The translations under genes and the position numbers were made by a program. The notes under the pieces are model-generated. The model made no database searches. It was not told the origin of the DNA and saw only the letters and a program-made list of their open reading frames with translations. Positions 36,304-47,897 of a stretch of 64,000 nucleotides of DNA are shown here, in pieces; position 1 is the stretch's first letter; every line of letters starts with the position of its first letter. Source of the DNA: Oscillatoria sp. FACHB-1406. Its GTDB lineage: Bacteria; Cyanobacteriota; Cyanobacteriia; Cyanobacteriales; Spirulinaceae. The stretch lies in NCBI RefSeq assembly GCF_014698145.1, contig NZ_JACJSM010000001.1:88633-152632 (forward strand), read 5' to 3'.

Positions 36304-37413
36304 TTATAGCGCTTCTGCCGTCTCTGGCGATTCTGCCAACTGTTCTAAGCGTTCTTGCTGATCTTGGGAGATACAAGCCTGGATAATATGTTCGATATTT
36401 CCCTCCAATGACTCGTTTAAACCGAAGTTTTGCCCCAAACGGTGGTCGGTAACGCGATTATCCTTGTAATTATACGTGCGTATTTTCTCGGAGCGAGAAC
36501 CCGTCCCAACTTGCGATCGCCGCATTGAAGTGACGGCCTCTTGCTGCTCGCTCAACTTCATTTCATACAACTTAGCACGCAAAATCTGCATTGCCCGTTC
36601 CCGGTTCTGTAATTGCGATCGCTCCTCAGTACACTTAACCCGAATCCCCGTCGGTTTGTGGATTAAATCCACCGCCGTTTCCACCTTATTCACGTTTTGT
36701 CCGCCTGCACCGCCGGAACGCATCGTCGAAAGCTCGATATCCTTGGGATCGATATGAATCTCCACATCGTCTACCTCGGGCATGACTGCGACAGTCGCCG
36801 TCGAAGTATGAACGCGCCCGCCCGCCTCCGTCACCGGAACGCGCTGCACGCGATGAACCCCCGCTTCAAATTTTAACTGGCTGTAGACGCGATCGCCCTG
36901 AATTTCCAGCACCGCTTCCTTAAACCCTCCCATTTCCGCCAGCGACTCGCTTACCAGCGAAACCTTCCAGCGCTGTGACTCCGCATAGCGAGAATACATC
37001 CGCAACAAATCCCCCGCCCAAATACTCGCCTCATCGCCTCCCGTACCGGCGCGAATTTCCAGCATAATATTCTTATCGTCGTTCGGATCTCGCGGCAAAA
37101 GCAAAATTTTCAACCGCTGTTCCAAATCTTCTAATTTCGCTTCCAACTCATCCACTTCCAAAGCAGCCATCTCTTGCATCTCGAGATCGCCACCTGCTTC
37201 CTTCAGAATTTCCTTCGCCCCCACTAATTCCTCACCTGCGGTTTTCCATTCTTCATAAGTATTCACCGTTGCTTCCAGCGAAGCTCGTGCCTGTGCAACG
37301 CGCTGCAACTCATCGGGATTCGTCACAATATCGGGATCTGCAAGGCGGCGAGTCAACTCATTGTAAGTTTGCTCGACGGATTGAAGTTTATCTAATAAAT
37401 AGGATTCAGCCAT
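36304..37413 (-). CDS. prfA: peptide chain release factor 1
   Basis: 369 aa with a GGQ motif ([16 protein letters not shown]) and the RF1-type tripeptide region. Confidence 0.9.
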   Translation of the reverse strand: MAESYLLDKLQSVEQTYNELTRRLADPDIVTNPDELQRVAQARASLEATVNTYEEWKTAGEELVGAKEILKEAGGDLEMQEMAALEVDELEAKLEDLEQRLKILLLPRDPNDDKNIMLEIRAGTGGDEASIWAGDLLRMYSRYAESQRWKVSLVSESLAEMGGFKEAVLEIQGDRVYSQLKFEAGVHRVQRVPVTEAGGRVHTSTATVAVMPEVDDVEIHIDPKDIELSTMRSGGAGGQNVNKVETAVDLIHKPTGIRVKCTEERSQLQNRERAMQILRAKLYEMKLSEQQEAVTSMRRSQVGTGSRSEKIRTYNYKDNRVTDHRLGQNFGLNESLEGNIEHIIQACISQDQQERLEQLAESPETAEAL

Positions 37414-37559
37414 GACTACCTCGATCGGTTATCAGTTATCAGTTATCAATTGGCAGTTATTTAAAGTTCAACGGCGGAGTGCCAACTCTACAGTTAATTT
37501 CTTATACGCAATTAACCCAGCAGAAATTCTGCTGGGTTAACCAAGATTCACGACTATTG

Positions 37560-37802
37560 CTATTGTTCTTGAGAATCCGATTTTGCTTCGGTTTGAGCGA
37601 ACATCCCATACTTCCGCATGAAACGTTCGACGCGACCTTCCGTATCGACCATTTTTTGCGTTCCAGTATAAAACGGATGATTGCCGGACCAAACTTCAAC
37701 GTTAATAACGGGTTTCGTTGCGCCGACAGTCATAACAACTTCGCCATTGCAAATCACTTTCGCGTCGGGATACCACTCGGGGTGAATATCGGGTTTCGGC
37801 AT
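37560..37802 (-). CDS. rpmE: 50S ribosomal protein L31
   Basis: 80 aa (MPKPDIHPEWY...VWSGNHPFYTG). Confidence 0.85.
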   Translation of the reverse strand: MPKPDIHPEWYPDAKVICNGEVVMTVGATKPVINVEVWSGNHPFYTGTQKMVDTEGRVERFMRKYGMFAQTEAKSDSQEQ

Positions 37803-37912
37803 AATTCCTTTTCTGTTTTAGCGATATATTTTAGACCGGCCAAGCAATCTATGAGGCGGCGGGAGGTCTTGCTTTCTTAATTATAATACCAGCCAGACCC
37901 CAACCCTTCGTT

Positions 37913-38326
37913 CTAGCGCTTGGAGTATTGCGAGGCTTTGCGAGCTTTTTTGAGTCCGTATTTTTTACGTTCTTTAGCACGCGGATCTCGCGTTAGGTAG
38001 CCTTCCCCTTTCAAGGGCTTGCGATTATCGGGGTCAAGTTGGCATAAGGCTCTAGCTACGCCCAAACGAACGGCATCAGACTGTCCGGTTAAGCCGCCGC
38101 CGTGGGCTTTGACTAAGATATCGTACTCGTTTTCTAAACCCAACGTTTCTAAGGGAGCCTTCGCAGCAGCGAGGTAGCTGGGGTTGCGATTGAAGTAATC
38201 GTCGCCCTGACGCTCGTTGACAATTAGTTGACCGTTACCGGGAACGAGACGAACGCGCGCAACAGAGCTTTTGCGGCGACCGGTTCCCCAATAGATAACT
38301 TTGTTTTGCGATTCTGCGTCCTGCAT
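37913..38326 (-). CDS. rpsI: 30S ribosomal protein S9
   Basis: 137 aa with the conserved C-terminus [17 protein letters not shown]. Confidence 0.9.
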   Translation of the reverse strand: MQDAESQNKVIYWGTGRRKSSVARVRLVPGNGQLIVNERQGDDYFNRNPSYLAAAKAPLETLGLENEYDILVKAHGGGLTGQSDAVRLGVARALCQLDPDNRKPLKGEGYLTRDPRAKERKKYGLKKARKASQYSKR

Positions 38327-38787
38327 TAATTTTCTCCGGGAATAGTATTAATTTTGAGTTCTTGGGGTTGCTGGGCTTGGTGGGGATGATTGGGGCCGGC
38401 GTAGACTTTGAGTTTAGTAAAGAGTTTGCGCCCGAGAGAGTTTTTCGGCAGCATTCCTTTAACTGCTTTTTCGATAATGCGTTCGGGAATGCGGTCTTGT
38501 AGTTGGGCAAAGGTTTCGGTTTTCATCCCGCCGGGACGACCGGAATGGCGGCGATAGAGTTTTTGACTGCTTTTTTTGCCGGTGACGGCGACCTTTTCGG
38601 CATTGACGACGACAACAAAATCGCCGGTATCCATATGGGGAGTAAAGGTTGGTTTGTTCTTGCCTCTAAGGATGCTGGCAATTTCGGTAGCCAAGCGTCC
38701 GAGGCGTTGGTCTGCGGCATCGACGACGTACCATTTCGGGTCGAGCGTTTCGAGGGTGGGTAGGGGTGTTTTGTTCATAGTTAGCAT
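38326..38787 (-). CDS. rplM: 50S ribosomal protein L13
   Basis: 153 aa ([22 protein letters not shown]). Confidence 0.9.
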   Translation of the reverse strand: MLTMNKTPLPTLETLDPKWYVVDAADQRLGRLATEIASILRGKNKPTFTPHMDTGDFVVVVNAEKVAVTGKKSSQKLYRRHSGRPGGMKTETFAQLQDRIPERIIEKAVKGMLPKNSLGRKLFTKLKVYAGPNHPHQAQQPQELKINTIPGEN

Positions 38788-39633
38788 TTAAATAGAGGGG
38801 TTAAAGACGAACTGGGGTTGAGTATCGAACCACAGGTTTTTAGCAAAGGGGCATTCGGGATAGCCCACCCTCAGCAAGCATAAACCCTTGGCGGGAGCGG
38901 CGTATTTAACGCGATCGCGCCGCTGTTCGACCCAAATATCGGTAAAGTTAGCCAGCGATCGCTTGCCGGTGCCGACTTCGACGAGCATCCCCACTAGAAG
39001 CCTCACCATCCCGTACAAGAAGCCGTTCGCTTGGATCTCTAGCGTTACTATAGAGCCTCGGCGGTAGCATTCGACCGCTTGTACCTCGACCCAGGAGTGC
39101 TGGCGGCGGGAACCGGCGCGGTGAAAAGCAGCGAGGTGATGGCTGCCGAGCAACGGCTCGAGAGCGGCTTGCATGAGCGTTTCTTGCAGGGGGGCATGAT
39201 AATAATGCCAAGAAAAGGGGGCAACGAACAAGTTGGGCTGGGCTGCGGTGTATAGGGTATAGCGATAGCGCCGCCAGAGCGCGCTAAAGCGGGCGTGCCA
39301 GTCAGCAGGAACGGCGGCGGAACCTCGGATGCGGACATCTTCGGGTAGGAGACCGTTTAAAACAACTGCCCATTTCTCCGGAGGAATGGGGCTGGCAACG
39401 TTGAAGTGGGCAAATTGAGCGGCAGCGTGAACGCCCGTATCGGTACGACCGGCTCCGTGAACGGTAACGGGATGACCCACGACAGACGCGATCGCCGTTT
39501 CAATCTCTTCTTGGACGCTACGACGATCGGGCTGGCGCTGCCAACCATAAAAATGGGTTCCCAGGTACTGAATAACGAGGGCAATCCGCTGGGTTTCCGG
39601 ACTGGCAGTAGGCATGAGCGCGATCGCGGGCAA
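38788..39633 (-). CDS. truA: tRNA pseudouridine(38-40) synthase
   Basis: 281 aa (YLGTHFYGWQRQ...HGAGRTDTGVHA). It lies between rplQ and rplM as in other cyanobacteria. Confidence 0.85.
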   Translation of the reverse strand: MPAIALMPTASPETQRIALVIQYLGTHFYGWQRQPDRRSVQEEIETAIASVVGHPVTVHGAGRTDTGVHAAAQFAHFNVASPIPPEKWAVVLNGLLPEDVRIRGSAAVPADWHARFSALWRRYRYTLYTAAQPNLFVAPFSWHYYHAPLQETLMQAALEPLLGSHHLAAFHRAGSRRQHSWVEVQAVECYRRGSIVTLEIQANGFLYGMVRLLVGMLVEVGTGKRSLANFTDIWVEQRRDRVKYAAPAKGLCLLRVGYPECPFAKNLWFDTQPQFVFNPSI

Positions 39634-39635
39634 GA

Positions 39636-39986
39636 CTAAACTAGCGAGATAATCGCCATTTCTGCATTATCGCCCCGCCGCCGCACGGTTCGCACGATGC
39701 GAGTATAACCGCCGTTTCGACTGCCGTAGCGATCGGGTACATCAGCAAAGAGGGCGTGGACGAGATCTTTGTCGAGCAAGTAGCCCAAGGCTTGACGGCG
39801 AGCGGATAAAGAACCGTCTTTAGCGAGAGTGATCATTTTTTCAACCTCAGAGCGCACCGCTTTGGCGCGAGTTTTGGTTGTTTTAATCTCACCGTGCCGA
39901 ATGAGTTCTGTCGCCAGCGATCGCAGTAGGGCGCGGCGCTGGTCTGCCGGAAGTCCCAGTTGAGGGACGCGACACCGATGACGCAT
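39636..39986 (-). CDS. rplQ: 50S ribosomal protein L17
   Basis: 116 aa ([22 protein letters not shown]...GGYTRI). Confidence 0.9.
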   Translation of the reverse strand: MRHRCRVPQLGLPADQRRALLRSLATELIRHGEIKTTKTRAKAVRSEVEKMITLAKDGSLSARRQALGYLLDKDLVHALFADVPDRYGSRNGGYTRIVRTVRRRGDNAEMAIISLV

Positions 39987-40010
39987 TTAACTTTCTCCTC
40001 TTAATTCGTT

Positions 40011-40952
40011 CTAGGTTTTGGCTTTTTCTTGGGGCAAGGTAATGCCCAAGCGATGGTGGAGCGCTTCGATGACTTCTTCGGCAGACTTTTGACCGAAATT
40101 TTTGATCTCGAGCAAGTCTTCTTGCGAGTAGTCGAGTAGGTCGGCAACTGTATTGATTTGCGCCCGTTTCAAGCAGTTGTAAGCCCGAACTGACAATTGT
40201 AGTTCTTCAATCGGAATTTGCCGCGTCGGATCTTCGATATCGGGTTCGTCGATTTCGCCATTGCCGATATTCAGATCTTTGAGCGGGTTAAATAGATCGA
40301 CGACGATTTCCGCTGCTTGGGAGAGCGCTTCATCGGGCTTCAAGCTGCCGTTCGTCCAAATGTCGAGGATTAACCGATCTTTGGCTGCCGAGCCATCGAC
40401 CAGGGCATCTTCCACGCTGTAATTGACCTTACTGACGGGCATGAAGACCGCATCGATTTGCAGGAAATCTAATGGAGTCGTATCGTCGCGCCCGCGATCG
40501 ACCGCTCGATAGCCTTTGCCTTTTTCGACGCGAAATTCCATCTCCAGTTTGGCTCCCTCAGCGAGAGTGGCCACGTACTGGTTCGGATCGACGACGGCGA
40601 TTTCCGAAGGCAGGTCGAACTGACTTGCCGTAACGGTTCCCGCTCCTGTGGCGACGAGGCGACCGATTTGGGGCGTAGAGGAGAAGCTCTGAAAGACAAT
40701 TTCTTTCATGTTCAGGAGAATTTCGAGAACGTCCTCCCGAACGCCTTTGAGGGTAGCAAATTCGTGGCTCACTCCGGCAATGCGCACGGCGGTCACGGCT
40801 GCCCCCTCTAAGTTGGCGAGCATGACTCGTCTCAGGGCGTTGCCGACAGTAGTTCCCTGACCTCGCTCCAGGGGTTCGATAACAAACCTGCTATATTGAC
40901 TTTGGTTTTTGTGAGTTTTCGACTCTACACAATCAATTTGAAATTGCGCCAC
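40011..40952 (-). CDS. rpoA: DNA-directed RNA polymerase alpha subunit
   Basis: 313 aa with RpoA N-terminal and alpha-CTD domains. Confidence 0.95.
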   Translation of the reverse strand: MAQFQIDCVESKTHKNQSQYSRFVIEPLERGQGTTVGNALRRVMLANLEGAAVTAVRIAGVSHEFATLKGVREDVLEILLNMKEIVFQSFSSTPQIGRLVATGAGTVTASQFDLPSEIAVVDPNQYVATLAEGAKLEMEFRVEKGKGYRAVDRGRDDTTPLDFLQIDAVFMPVSKVNYSVEDALVDGSAAKDRLILDIWTNGSLKPDEALSQAAEIVVDLFNPLKDLNIGNGEIDEPDIEDPTRQIPIEELQLSVRAYNCLKRAQINTVADLLDYSQEDLLEIKNFGQKSAEEVIEALHHRLGITLPQEKAKT

Positions 40953-41051
40953 GGAGTGACCTCCCTTATTTGAAAGATAAAACTGAAAAGGTTAAAGGCA
41001 TTAAGTTAACGATCGAGGTGAGCGCCCGCTTTTTGCCCTGCGTTTAACCCC

Positions 41052-41444
41052 TTACACTCTTCGTCGTTTTGGAGGTCGGCAACCATTGTGCGGAATCGGC
41101 GTTACGTCTCGAATTAGGGTAATTTCTAAACCGGATGCTTGTAGGGCGCGGATTGCGGTTTCTCGCCCCGCTCCGGGCCCGCTCACCATCACTTCGAGTT
41201 GGCGCATTCCTTGCTCGATCGCGCGCTTGGCCGCGTTATCGGCAGCGGTTTGGGCGGCAAAGGGCGTTCCCTTTTTCGCGCCTTTAAAACCGCTAGAGCC
41301 GGAGGATGCCCATGAAATCGTGTCTCCCCGCGTATCGGAGATCGTAACGATGGTGTTATTGAAGGTGGAGCGAATATGTGCTACTCCATTGGGGACGTTC
41401 CGTTTGTGCTTTTTTGCACTGGTTTTTTTGGTGGGTCGCGCCAT
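41052..41444 (-). CDS. rpsK: 30S ribosomal protein S11
   Basis: 130 aa ([16 protein letters not shown]...). Confidence 0.9.
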   Translation of the reverse strand: MARPTKKTSAKKHKRNVPNGVAHIRSTFNNTIVTISDTRGDTISWASSGSSGFKGAKKGTPFAAQTAADNAAKRAIEQGMRQLEVMVSGPGAGRETAIRALQASGLEITLIRDVTPIPHNGCRPPKRRRV

Positions 41445-41492
41445 TTTGTTTCTCTAGAGATCTATCTAACTCGGTTCCAACCGAATCCTTAT

Positions 41493-41876
41493 TTATTTCT
41501 TCGCTGCTGCTTTCTTCTTACCGGCGACGGTAACTCGTCTGCCGCGACGAGTCCGAGCGTTGGTGCGCGTCCGCTGACCCCGCACGGGCAAGCCTTGACG
41601 GTGGCGGCGGCCTCTATAAGTGCCGATATCGACTAAGCGCTTAATATTCATCGATTCTAAGCGTCTCAAGTCCCCTTCGACTTGGAAGTTATCTTCGATG
41701 AACGCGCGCAAGGTCGTTACTTGCTCGTCCGTTAAGTCTCGAACCCGGATGTCAGGGCTGACTCCGGTTTCGGCCAAGATTTTTTGCGATCGCGCCAACC
41801 CAATTCCGAAGATGTAGGTTAGCCCGATCTCAACCCGCTTATCTCGCGGCAGATCTATTCCAGCTATGCGTGCCAC
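41493..41876 (-). CDS. rpsM: 30S ribosomal protein S13 (GTG start; ORF-track start at 41975 is an upstream extension)
   Basis: The conserved N-terminus [26 protein letters not shown] begins at the GTG 41874..41876. S13 is ~126 aa. Confidence 0.9.
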   Translation of the reverse strand: MARIAGIDLPRDKRVEIGLTYIFGIGLARSQKILAETGVSPDIRVRDLTDEQVTTLRAFIEDNFQVEGDLRRLESMNIKRLVDIGTYRGRRHRQGLPVRGQRTRTNARTRRGRRVTVAGKKKAAAKK

Positions 41877-42093
41877 ACTTACTTTCTCCCTAACTGTTGC
41901 TTCGATCGAGCGACGTTTCAACTTGTCAGTCGCCCGTTTTCTGTTTACAATTTGAGGAAACCTGCTTTCTCCCAATGCGGTTAGCGCTTTGGGTTAGCGC
42001 AGTATCGCCTTGAATCTTGGCGCGGTTCCTGCTTTCTCCCAATGCTATTAGCGCTTCGGGTTTGAACCGGTCGCCTCAAATTCGGCTTCTACT

Positions 42094-42207
42094 TTAACCT
42101 TGGCGCTGTTTGTGCTTCGGGTTCGAGCAGATCACCATAACGCGGCCGCGACGACGGATGACGCGGCATTTTTCGCAAATCTTTTTGACTGATGCTCTAA
42201 CTTTCAT
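42094..42207 (-). CDS. rpmJ: 50S ribosomal protein L36 (not in ORF track)
   Basis: The reverse strand encodes [37 protein letters not shown], with ATG at 42205..42207 and TAA at 42094..42096. Confidence 0.85.
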   Translation of the reverse strand: MKVRASVKKICEKCRVIRRRGRVMVICSNPKHKQRQG

Positions 42208-42279
42208 GCCGATTTTGGCAACACTGCAAGCTTATCATTATATCAATTTATTTGTATTTTTTCCAGCATTTATAGGAAT

Positions 42280-42504
42280 TTATTTCTTCCGCAATCGATA
42301 AGTAATCCGACCTTTCGTAAGGTCGTAGGGAGTTAGCTCCACCTTAACGCGATCGCCCGGAAGAATCTTGATATAATTCCGTCGAATTTTGCCAGAAATA
42401 TGAGCCAGAACGTTAAAGCCGTTATCGAGTTCGACTCGAAACATGGCGTTCGGAAGAGACTCCGTTACCGTCCCTTCCATTTCAATCAGATCTTGTTTGG
42501 GCAA
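42280..42504 (-). CDS. infA: translation initiation factor IF-1
   Basis: 74 aa ([18 protein letters not shown]...HISGK.R...I.ILPGD.V.VEL.PYDL.KGRI..R). Confidence 0.9.
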   Translation of the reverse strand: MPKQDLIEMEGTVTESLPNAMFRVELDNGFNVLAHISGKIRRNYIKILPGDRVKVELTPYDLTKGRITYRLRKK

Positions 42505-42651
42505 GGGTTTTTCTGCCTCTCTTCAATGATATTTATCGGTTTCACTCTCATCGATACAGCTTAACTTCCTCCCAATCGGGATAGAAGGCTAATCGATTTT
42601 GTCGCAACTTCGACTACAGTTTAGCAAAAATTAACAACTTTTTGCTCGCGA

Positions 42652-43233
42652 TTATGCGTGTTCGGGTTCCGGTTCCACTTCTAGAAGTTTGCGCAGAGCA
42701 ACAGTGACTTCATGAGGAGGCCGATTGCCATCCACAACCTGCAAACGAAGCTGGTAAAATTCATTCACAGGTTCCGTTTGCTCGCGATACACTTCCAAAC
42801 GGCGGCGAATCGTTTCTTCGTTGTCATCTTTACGCCCCCGCGCCAGCAGGCGTTCGACGAGAATATTATCCGGCACGTCCAAAGCCAGTACCAATTCTAA
42901 AGGCTGTTCGAGTTCGAGCAACAATTGGTCTAGAAACTCTGCTTGAGGAACGGTACGGGGAAAGCCATCCAAAATCCAGCCATCTCGAGCATCCTCCTCG
43001 CCCAAGCGCTCGCGAATCAAACCCAGAATTAATTCATCTGGAACTAACTCCCCCGCATCCACAAAACCTTTAGCTTTTACCCCCAAAGGCGTGCTGCGGG
43101 CGATCGCATCGCGTAAAATATCCCCCGTAGAGATATGTGGAACTTGCAACATTTCCGTCAAGCGTTGGGCTTGCGTTCCCTTTCCCGCGCCGGGAGGACC
43201 TGAAAAAACCAATCTTTTCTTAGTCATAACCAA
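42652..43233 (-). CDS. adk: adenylate kinase
   Basis: P-loop GPPGAGKGTQA and an LID-less short cyanobacterial-type Adk. The start may be the internal Met (MTKKRLVF). Confidence 0.9.
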   Translation of the reverse strand: MVMTKKRLVFSGPPGAGKGTQAQRLTEMLQVPHISTGDILRDAIARSTPLGVKAKGFVDAGELVPDELILGLIRERLGEEDARDGWILDGFPRTVPQAEFLDQLLLELEQPLELVLALDVPDNILVERLLARGRKDDNEETIRRRLEVYREQTEPVNEFYQLRLQVVDGNRPPHEVTVALRKLLEVEPEPEHA

Positions 43234-43324
43234 CTTTTATTAAAAACAATGCCCTCTTAAATCTCCCAATTCCCCAACTTCGAGTCGCGAAGGATATTGC
43301 CTTCGCAACTCAACGCTTCAATCC

Positions 43325-44647
43325 TTACTTCTTCACCATCCCCTCATAACGCTGGGAAATGACATAAGTCTGAATTTGCTTCGCCGTATCGATCGCAACC
43401 CCCACTAAAATCAAAAGAGAAGTTGCCCCAAAACCTCGCAGAGTTTGCACCCCCGTTGCGCTTTCCACTGCCGTTGGTACTGTCGCGACTAAGCCTAAGA
43501 AAATCGCCCCCAAGAACGTCAAGCGATTTAATACGCCCTCCAAATACTCGCTCGTCGCCTTCCCCGGACGAATCCCCGGAATGCTTGCCCCCATCTTCTT
43601 CAAATTTTGCGACATATCCACGGGATTGACGATCAGCGAAGCATAAAAATAGCTAAAAAACACGATTAACGTTAAGTAGACCAGAACGTAAGCCCAGTTT
43701 CCCGGCTGTAACGCTGTTACGATGCTCTGCAACACCTTACTCGCCCCCTCCGCCTTAGCCACAAAGGGCAATCCGGCTAAAGAAGCAGGCAACACTAAAA
43801 CGGCTGAGGCAAAAATAATCGGCATTACGCCTCCCTGATTGAGGCGCAACGGCAGGTAATTCTTCCGCTCCCGATACAACCGCTTGCCGACTTGACGGCG
43901 AGCCGAAATAATCGGAATGCGGCGCGTCCCTTCTTGCACGAAGACAATCCCGACAATCGTTGCTAAGAACACCAACAACAGCACCACGACTTGGACAACC
44001 GCTTCGCGCCCGCCCTTCGTCGCGAACTCAATCGTATTGCCCAGCGTCGTCGGCAAAACTGCTACGATGTTGACAAAAATCAACAAAGATGCACCGTTGC
44101 CAATGCCGCGCTCGGTAATCAACTCCGAAATCCACATCACGAACATCGAACCGGCTGTCAGCGCCAACACGGTTTCAATAACAAAGGCTGGACCGTAATT
44201 AATCGCGTAGGGACGCAACAGCCCGATGGTAATCCCGAAACTCTGAATTATCGCCCACCCCAGGGCAACATAGCGGGTAATTTGAGAAATTTTCCGCCGT
44301 CCGGCTTCCCCTTCATTTTTTTGTAAATTCTCCAACGAAGGCAAGGCTGCCGTCAGGAGTTGAATAATGATGGAAGCATTAATAAACGGCAAAATCCCTA
44401 AAGCAAAAATTCCGAGAGCCGTCAGACCACCCCCGGAAAAGATATCGAGAAAACCGAGAACTGAATTCCCGCGAATTCCCTCAGCAAAAGCTTCGAGATT
44501 GATACCCGGAACGGGAACTTTCACGCCGAAGCGAACGAGAATCAACAAGCCAATTGTAATTAAGACTCGCCCTCGCAAACCCGCCGCTTGGGCCATTTGC
44601 AAGAACGTCTCTTGCGCTGTGGGCGCTTTATCGCGACTAACAACCAT
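43325..44647 (-). CDS. secY: preprotein translocase subunit SecY
   Basis: 440 aa, 10 TM segments, SecY family. Confidence 0.9.
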   Translation of the reverse strand: MVVSRDKAPTAQETFLQMAQAAGLRGRVLITIGLLILVRFGVKVPVPGINLEAFAEGIRGNSVLGFLDIFSGGGLTALGIFALGILPFINASIIIQLLTAALPSLENLQKNEGEAGRRKISQITRYVALGWAIIQSFGITIGLLRPYAINYGPAFVIETVLALTAGSMFVMWISELITERGIGNGASLLIFVNIVAVLPTTLGNTIEFATKGGREAVVQVVVLLLVFLATIVGIVFVQEGTRRIPIISARRQVGKRLYRERKNYLPLRLNQGGVMPIIFASAVLVLPASLAGLPFVAKAEGASKVLQSIVTALQPGNWAYVLVYLTLIVFFSYFYASLIVNPVDMSQNLKKMGASIPGIRPGKATSEYLEGVLNRLTFLGAIFLGLVATVPTAVESATGVQTLRGFGATSLLILVGVAIDTAKQIQTYVISQRYEGMVKK

Positions 44648-44871
44648 AAAACATTTCCTTTAACAGACGAACGGTCTAGTAGCGTTGCGCGGAATTCAAA
44701 ATTAAAAGTTCAAAATGCTTGTCTTCGGCAAACGCAAACAGCAATTCTGAACGGTAACTTTATTTCCACTAGCGCTGACTAACAATAACCTCGATCTTAA
44801 GTTATTTTTTTAATCGTGGGTTCGGTCGGGCGAGACAGCACTAGCCAGTTCGCCCTATCTCGCCTCTAACT

Positions 44872-45318
44872 TTAGCTAACCACTTCACACTGACCGCCTG
44901 CGGCTTCAATTTTACTTTTAGCACCAACGGTAAAAGCGGCGGCTTTTACCTGAAGCGGAACGTTAAGTTCTCCATCCCCAAGAATTTTCAGCGGGCCGCG
45001 ATTGGTTTTAATCGAGCCATTTTCTAAAAGAAGTTCGAGGGTAACTTCTGTGTTGGGTTCCAGGGAAGCGAGGTCTTTGACGTTAATCGTCGTGAAATGT
45101 TTGGGATTGACGACGGTGAAATACTTCAGTTTGGGAACGCGGCGATAGAGGGGCATTTGTCCGCCTTCAAATCCCGGTTTAGTTCCCGTACCGGAGCGCG
45201 ATTTTTGACCCCGCATCCCAAAGCCGCAACTCGCACCCTGTCCGGCGGCGATACCGCGTCCGACTCGTCGGGGGCGCGTGCGAGACCCTTTTTTGGGGAC
45301 TGCATCGTTGATTCGCAT
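44872..45318 (-). CDS. rplO: 50S ribosomal protein L15
   Basis: 148 aa with a Gly/Arg-rich N-terminus. Confidence 0.9.
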   Translation of the reverse strand: MRINDAVPKKGSRTRPRRVGRGIAAGQGASCGFGMRGQKSRSGTGTKPGFEGGQMPLYRRVPKLKYFTVVNPKHFTTINVKDLASLEPNTEVTLELLLENGSIKTNRGPLKILGDGELNVPLQVKAAAFTVGAKSKIEAAGGQCEVVS

Positions 45319-45378
45319 GGTGGTTTGTCCTTGTTAATGTAAGAGCTACAGTGGGGATAAACCCCAAGTCTTAAAAAA

Positions 45379-45900
45379 TTAAGCGTAGAGATGTTCGAGA
45401 GAGATGCCGCGCTCGCGGGCTACGTCGGAGAAGGTTCGCAGGGTTTCTAAGGCATCAATCGCCGCCCGAGCGTTATTGAGGGGGTTATTCGAGCCGAGTT
45501 GTTTGGCTAAAATATTTTTCACGCCTGCGAGTTCGAGGACGGTTCGCACGGCTCCCCCTGCAATTACGCCCGTACCGGGAGCGGCGGGACGCATCATCAC
45601 TTTCGCGCCGCCCGCAGCACCGTTAATGGGATGGGTGATGGAGTTGGCTTTGGTGAGGGAGATTTCAATCAGTTGTTTTTTGCCATCGGCTACGCCTTTA
45701 CGGACGGCTCCGATTACGTCGCTCGCTTTGCCGACTCCTACGCCGACTTGACCTTTTTCGTTACCGACGACGACAATGGCGCGGAAACTGAGTTTTTTAC
45801 CGCCTTTGACGACTTTACTAACCCGACGGATTTGAATGACCCGTTCTTGGAAGTTGGATTCTTTTTCTTTGGTTCGGCTTTTTTTGTTTTGTTTTGCCAT
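45379..45900 (-). CDS. rpsE: 30S ribosomal protein S5
   Basis: 173 aa ([21 protein letters not shown]). Confidence 0.9.
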   Translation of the reverse strand: MAKQNKKSRTKEKESNFQERVIQIRRVSKVVKGGKKLSFRAIVVVGNEKGQVGVGVGKASDVIGAVRKGVADGKKQLIEISLTKANSITHPINGAAGGAKVMMRPAAPGTGVIAGGAVRTVLELAGVKNILAKQLGSNNPLNNARAAIDALETLRTFSDVARERGISLEHLYA

Positions 45901-45955
45901 CGGAGTTGTCCCGTAGTTATCGATATCCTAGGTGAGGGCTATAGCAGAAAAACGT

Positions 45956-46318
45956 CTAAAAGTCAAGACCCGCTTCGCGAGCGGATTCGGCTAAAGCTTT
46001 GACGCGCCCGTGATAAAGGTTGCCGCCGCGATCGAAGACGACTTTCGTAATCCCTTGCGCTATGGCGCGTTCGGCGACCAATTTGCCAACCGCAGAGGAG
46101 GCTTCGCAGGTCGCCCCCGAAGCGAGATCGCCCTTGAGTTGAGGTTCGAGGGTTGAGGCTGCAACCAAGGTCGAGTGTTGGGTGTCGTCGATGACTTGAG
46201 CGTAGATATGTTGGTTGGAGCGGAAAACAGCTAAGCGAGGGCGTTCTGCTGTGCCACTGACGCTTTTCCGCAGGCGTTGGTGGCGGCGTTGGACTAATTC
46301 TTTGCGAGTGCGTTTCAT
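45956..46318 (-). CDS. rplR: 50S ribosomal protein L18
   Basis: 120 aa ([18 protein letters not shown]). Confidence 0.9.
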   Translation of the reverse strand: MKRTRKELVQRRHQRLRKSVSGTAERPRLAVFRSNQHIYAQVIDDTQHSTLVAASTLEPQLKGDLASGATCEASSAVGKLVAERAIAQGITKVVFDRGGNLYHGRVKALAESAREAGLDF

Positions 46319-46320
46319 GG

Positions 46321-46878
46321 TTATTTTTTGCCTCCTTTACCGGTTTTACCCGCTTTGCGGCGAACCACTTCGCCTTGGTAGCGAATCCCTTTGCCTTTAT
46401 AAACTTCGGGAGGACGGACGGATCGAATTTTAGCGGCAATGTTGCCGACAACTTCTTTATCGATACCGCTGATGGTAATTTGCAAGCCTTTGCTGTCTTT
46501 AGGGACATCGAGTTGTATGCCTTCGGGCGGCTCGATTTCCACGGGATGGCTGTAGCCGACGTTAAGGACGAGGTTTTTACCTTGCATTTGGGCGCGATAG
46601 CCTACGCCTTGGATTTCCAGTTGCTTGGTGTAACCTTTAGATACGCCCTCGATCATGTTGGCGACGAGGGTGCGGGATAAACCGTGGCGCTGGCGGGCGA
46701 GGCGAGATTCGTCGCGGCGGAGAACTTTAACGAGGTTGCCGTCTTGTTCGACGCTAACCGGATTGGTGAGGGTGCGAGCGAGTTGACCTTTGGGGCCTTT
46801 AACTGTAACGTTTTGTCCGTCGATCTCGACGGTCACTTTATCGGGGAGGTCGATGGGGCGCTTGCCAATACGAGACAT
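46321..46878 (-). CDS. rplF: 50S ribosomal protein L6 (start reassigned to the Met of MSRIGKRPI)
   Basis: The conserved L6 N-terminus [17 protein letters not shown] begins at 46878. The ORF-track start at 46932 would overlap rpsH. Confidence 0.9.
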   Translation of the reverse strand: MSRIGKRPIDLPDKVTVEIDGQNVTVKGPKGQLARTLTNPVSVEQDGNLVKVLRRDESRLARQRHGLSRTLVANMIEGVSKGYTKQLEIQGVGYRAQMQGKNLVLNVGYSHPVEIEPPEGIQLDVPKDSKGLQITISGIDKEVVGNIAAKIRSVRPPEVYKGKGIRYQGEVVRRKAGKTGKGGKK

Positions 46879-46916
46879 AGGTTGACTAACTCCTGAGATT
46901 TGCGATCGGAGGATGG

Positions 46917-47318
46917 TTACCAGACGTAACACAGGACTTCGCCGCCGATTCCTTGCTTGCGCGCTTCTCGGTCGGTCATAATCCCGCTGGAAGTGGAAAT
47001 GATGGCGATGCCAATACCGCCGAGGACGCGGGGTAGTTCTTTACTGTTTTTGTAGACGCGCAAACCCGGTTTACTGATGCGCTTGAGATGGCGAATCAAG
47101 GGCTGGCGGTTTTTACCCACGTATTTAAGGGAAATCATGAGTTGCTTTTTCACGCCTTCCCCGACTTCTTCGTAGTCGCCAATGAAGCCTTCATCTCTGA
47201 GGACTTTAGCAATACTGCGGGTCATTTTTGTCGATGGGATGGCGGTGGTAGCGTGCCGGACTGCACCCGCGTTACGGATGCGGACGAGCATATCGGAAAT
47301 GGTGTCGTTTGCTGCCAT
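46917..47318 (-). CDS. rpsH: 30S ribosomal protein S8
   Basis: 133 aa ([13 protein letters not shown]). Confidence 0.9.
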   Translation of the reverse strand: MAANDTISDMLVRIRNAGAVRHATTAIPSTKMTRSIAKVLRDEGFIGDYEEVGEGVKKQLMISLKYVGKNRQPLIRHLKRISKPGLRVYKNSKELPRVLGGIGIAIISTSSGIMTDREARKQGIGGEVLCYVW

Positions 47319-47349
47319 GTTTGTTTCTCGATCCTTGCTTCAATCGGGC

Positions 47350-47895
47350 TTAATTACTCCGGAATGGCATTCCCATTTCTTTGAGTAAGGCGCGACCTTC
47401 TTCGTCGGTGCTGGCGGTGGTGATAATTGAAATGTCCATGCCTCGAATTTTATCGATGCTGTCGTATTCAATTTCAGGGAAAATAATCTGTTCGCGGATG
47501 CCGAGGCTGTAGTTGCCTCTACCGTCGAAGCTTTTGGGGCTGATACCGCGAAAGTCGCGAATGCGGGGGAGGGCGATCCCAATCAGGCGATCGAGGAAAG
47601 CATACATCCGTTCGGAACGCAGCGTCACCATAAGACCGACAGGCATCCCCTGACGGAGTTTGAAGCCTGCGATCGCTTTTTTAGCGCGGGTGACGACGGG
47701 CTTTTGTCCGGTAATCGTCGCGAGTTCTGCAATCGAAGATTCTAAGGCTTTAGCGTTTTGGCTGGCTTCACCCAGTCCGCGATTGACTGTAATCTTCACC
47801 AATTTGGGGACTTGGTGAACGTTAGTGTAGGAAAATTGTTCCTTAAGTTTGGGAACGATCGTTTCTTCGTAAGTGGTTTTCAGTCGTTGAGTCAT
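47350..47895 (-). CDS. rplE: 50S ribosomal protein L5
   Basis: 181 aa. Confidence 0.9.
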   Translation of the reverse strand: MTQRLKTTYEETIVPKLKEQFSYTNVHQVPKLVKITVNRGLGEASQNAKALESSIAELATITGQKPVVTRAKKAIAGFKLRQGMPVGLMVTLRSERMYAFLDRLIGIALPRIRDFRGISPKSFDGRGNYSLGIREQIIFPEIEYDSIDKIRGMDISIITTASTDEEGRALLKEMGMPFRSN

Positions 47896-47897
47896 GG

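Noticed and set aside
41952-42052. Two ~35-bp direct repeats as a mini CRISPR array
   Set aside because: There are only two copies, the spacer is 22 bp, there are no cas genes, and it sits inside the ribosomal operon spacer. It is treated as an RNA-structure repeat instead.
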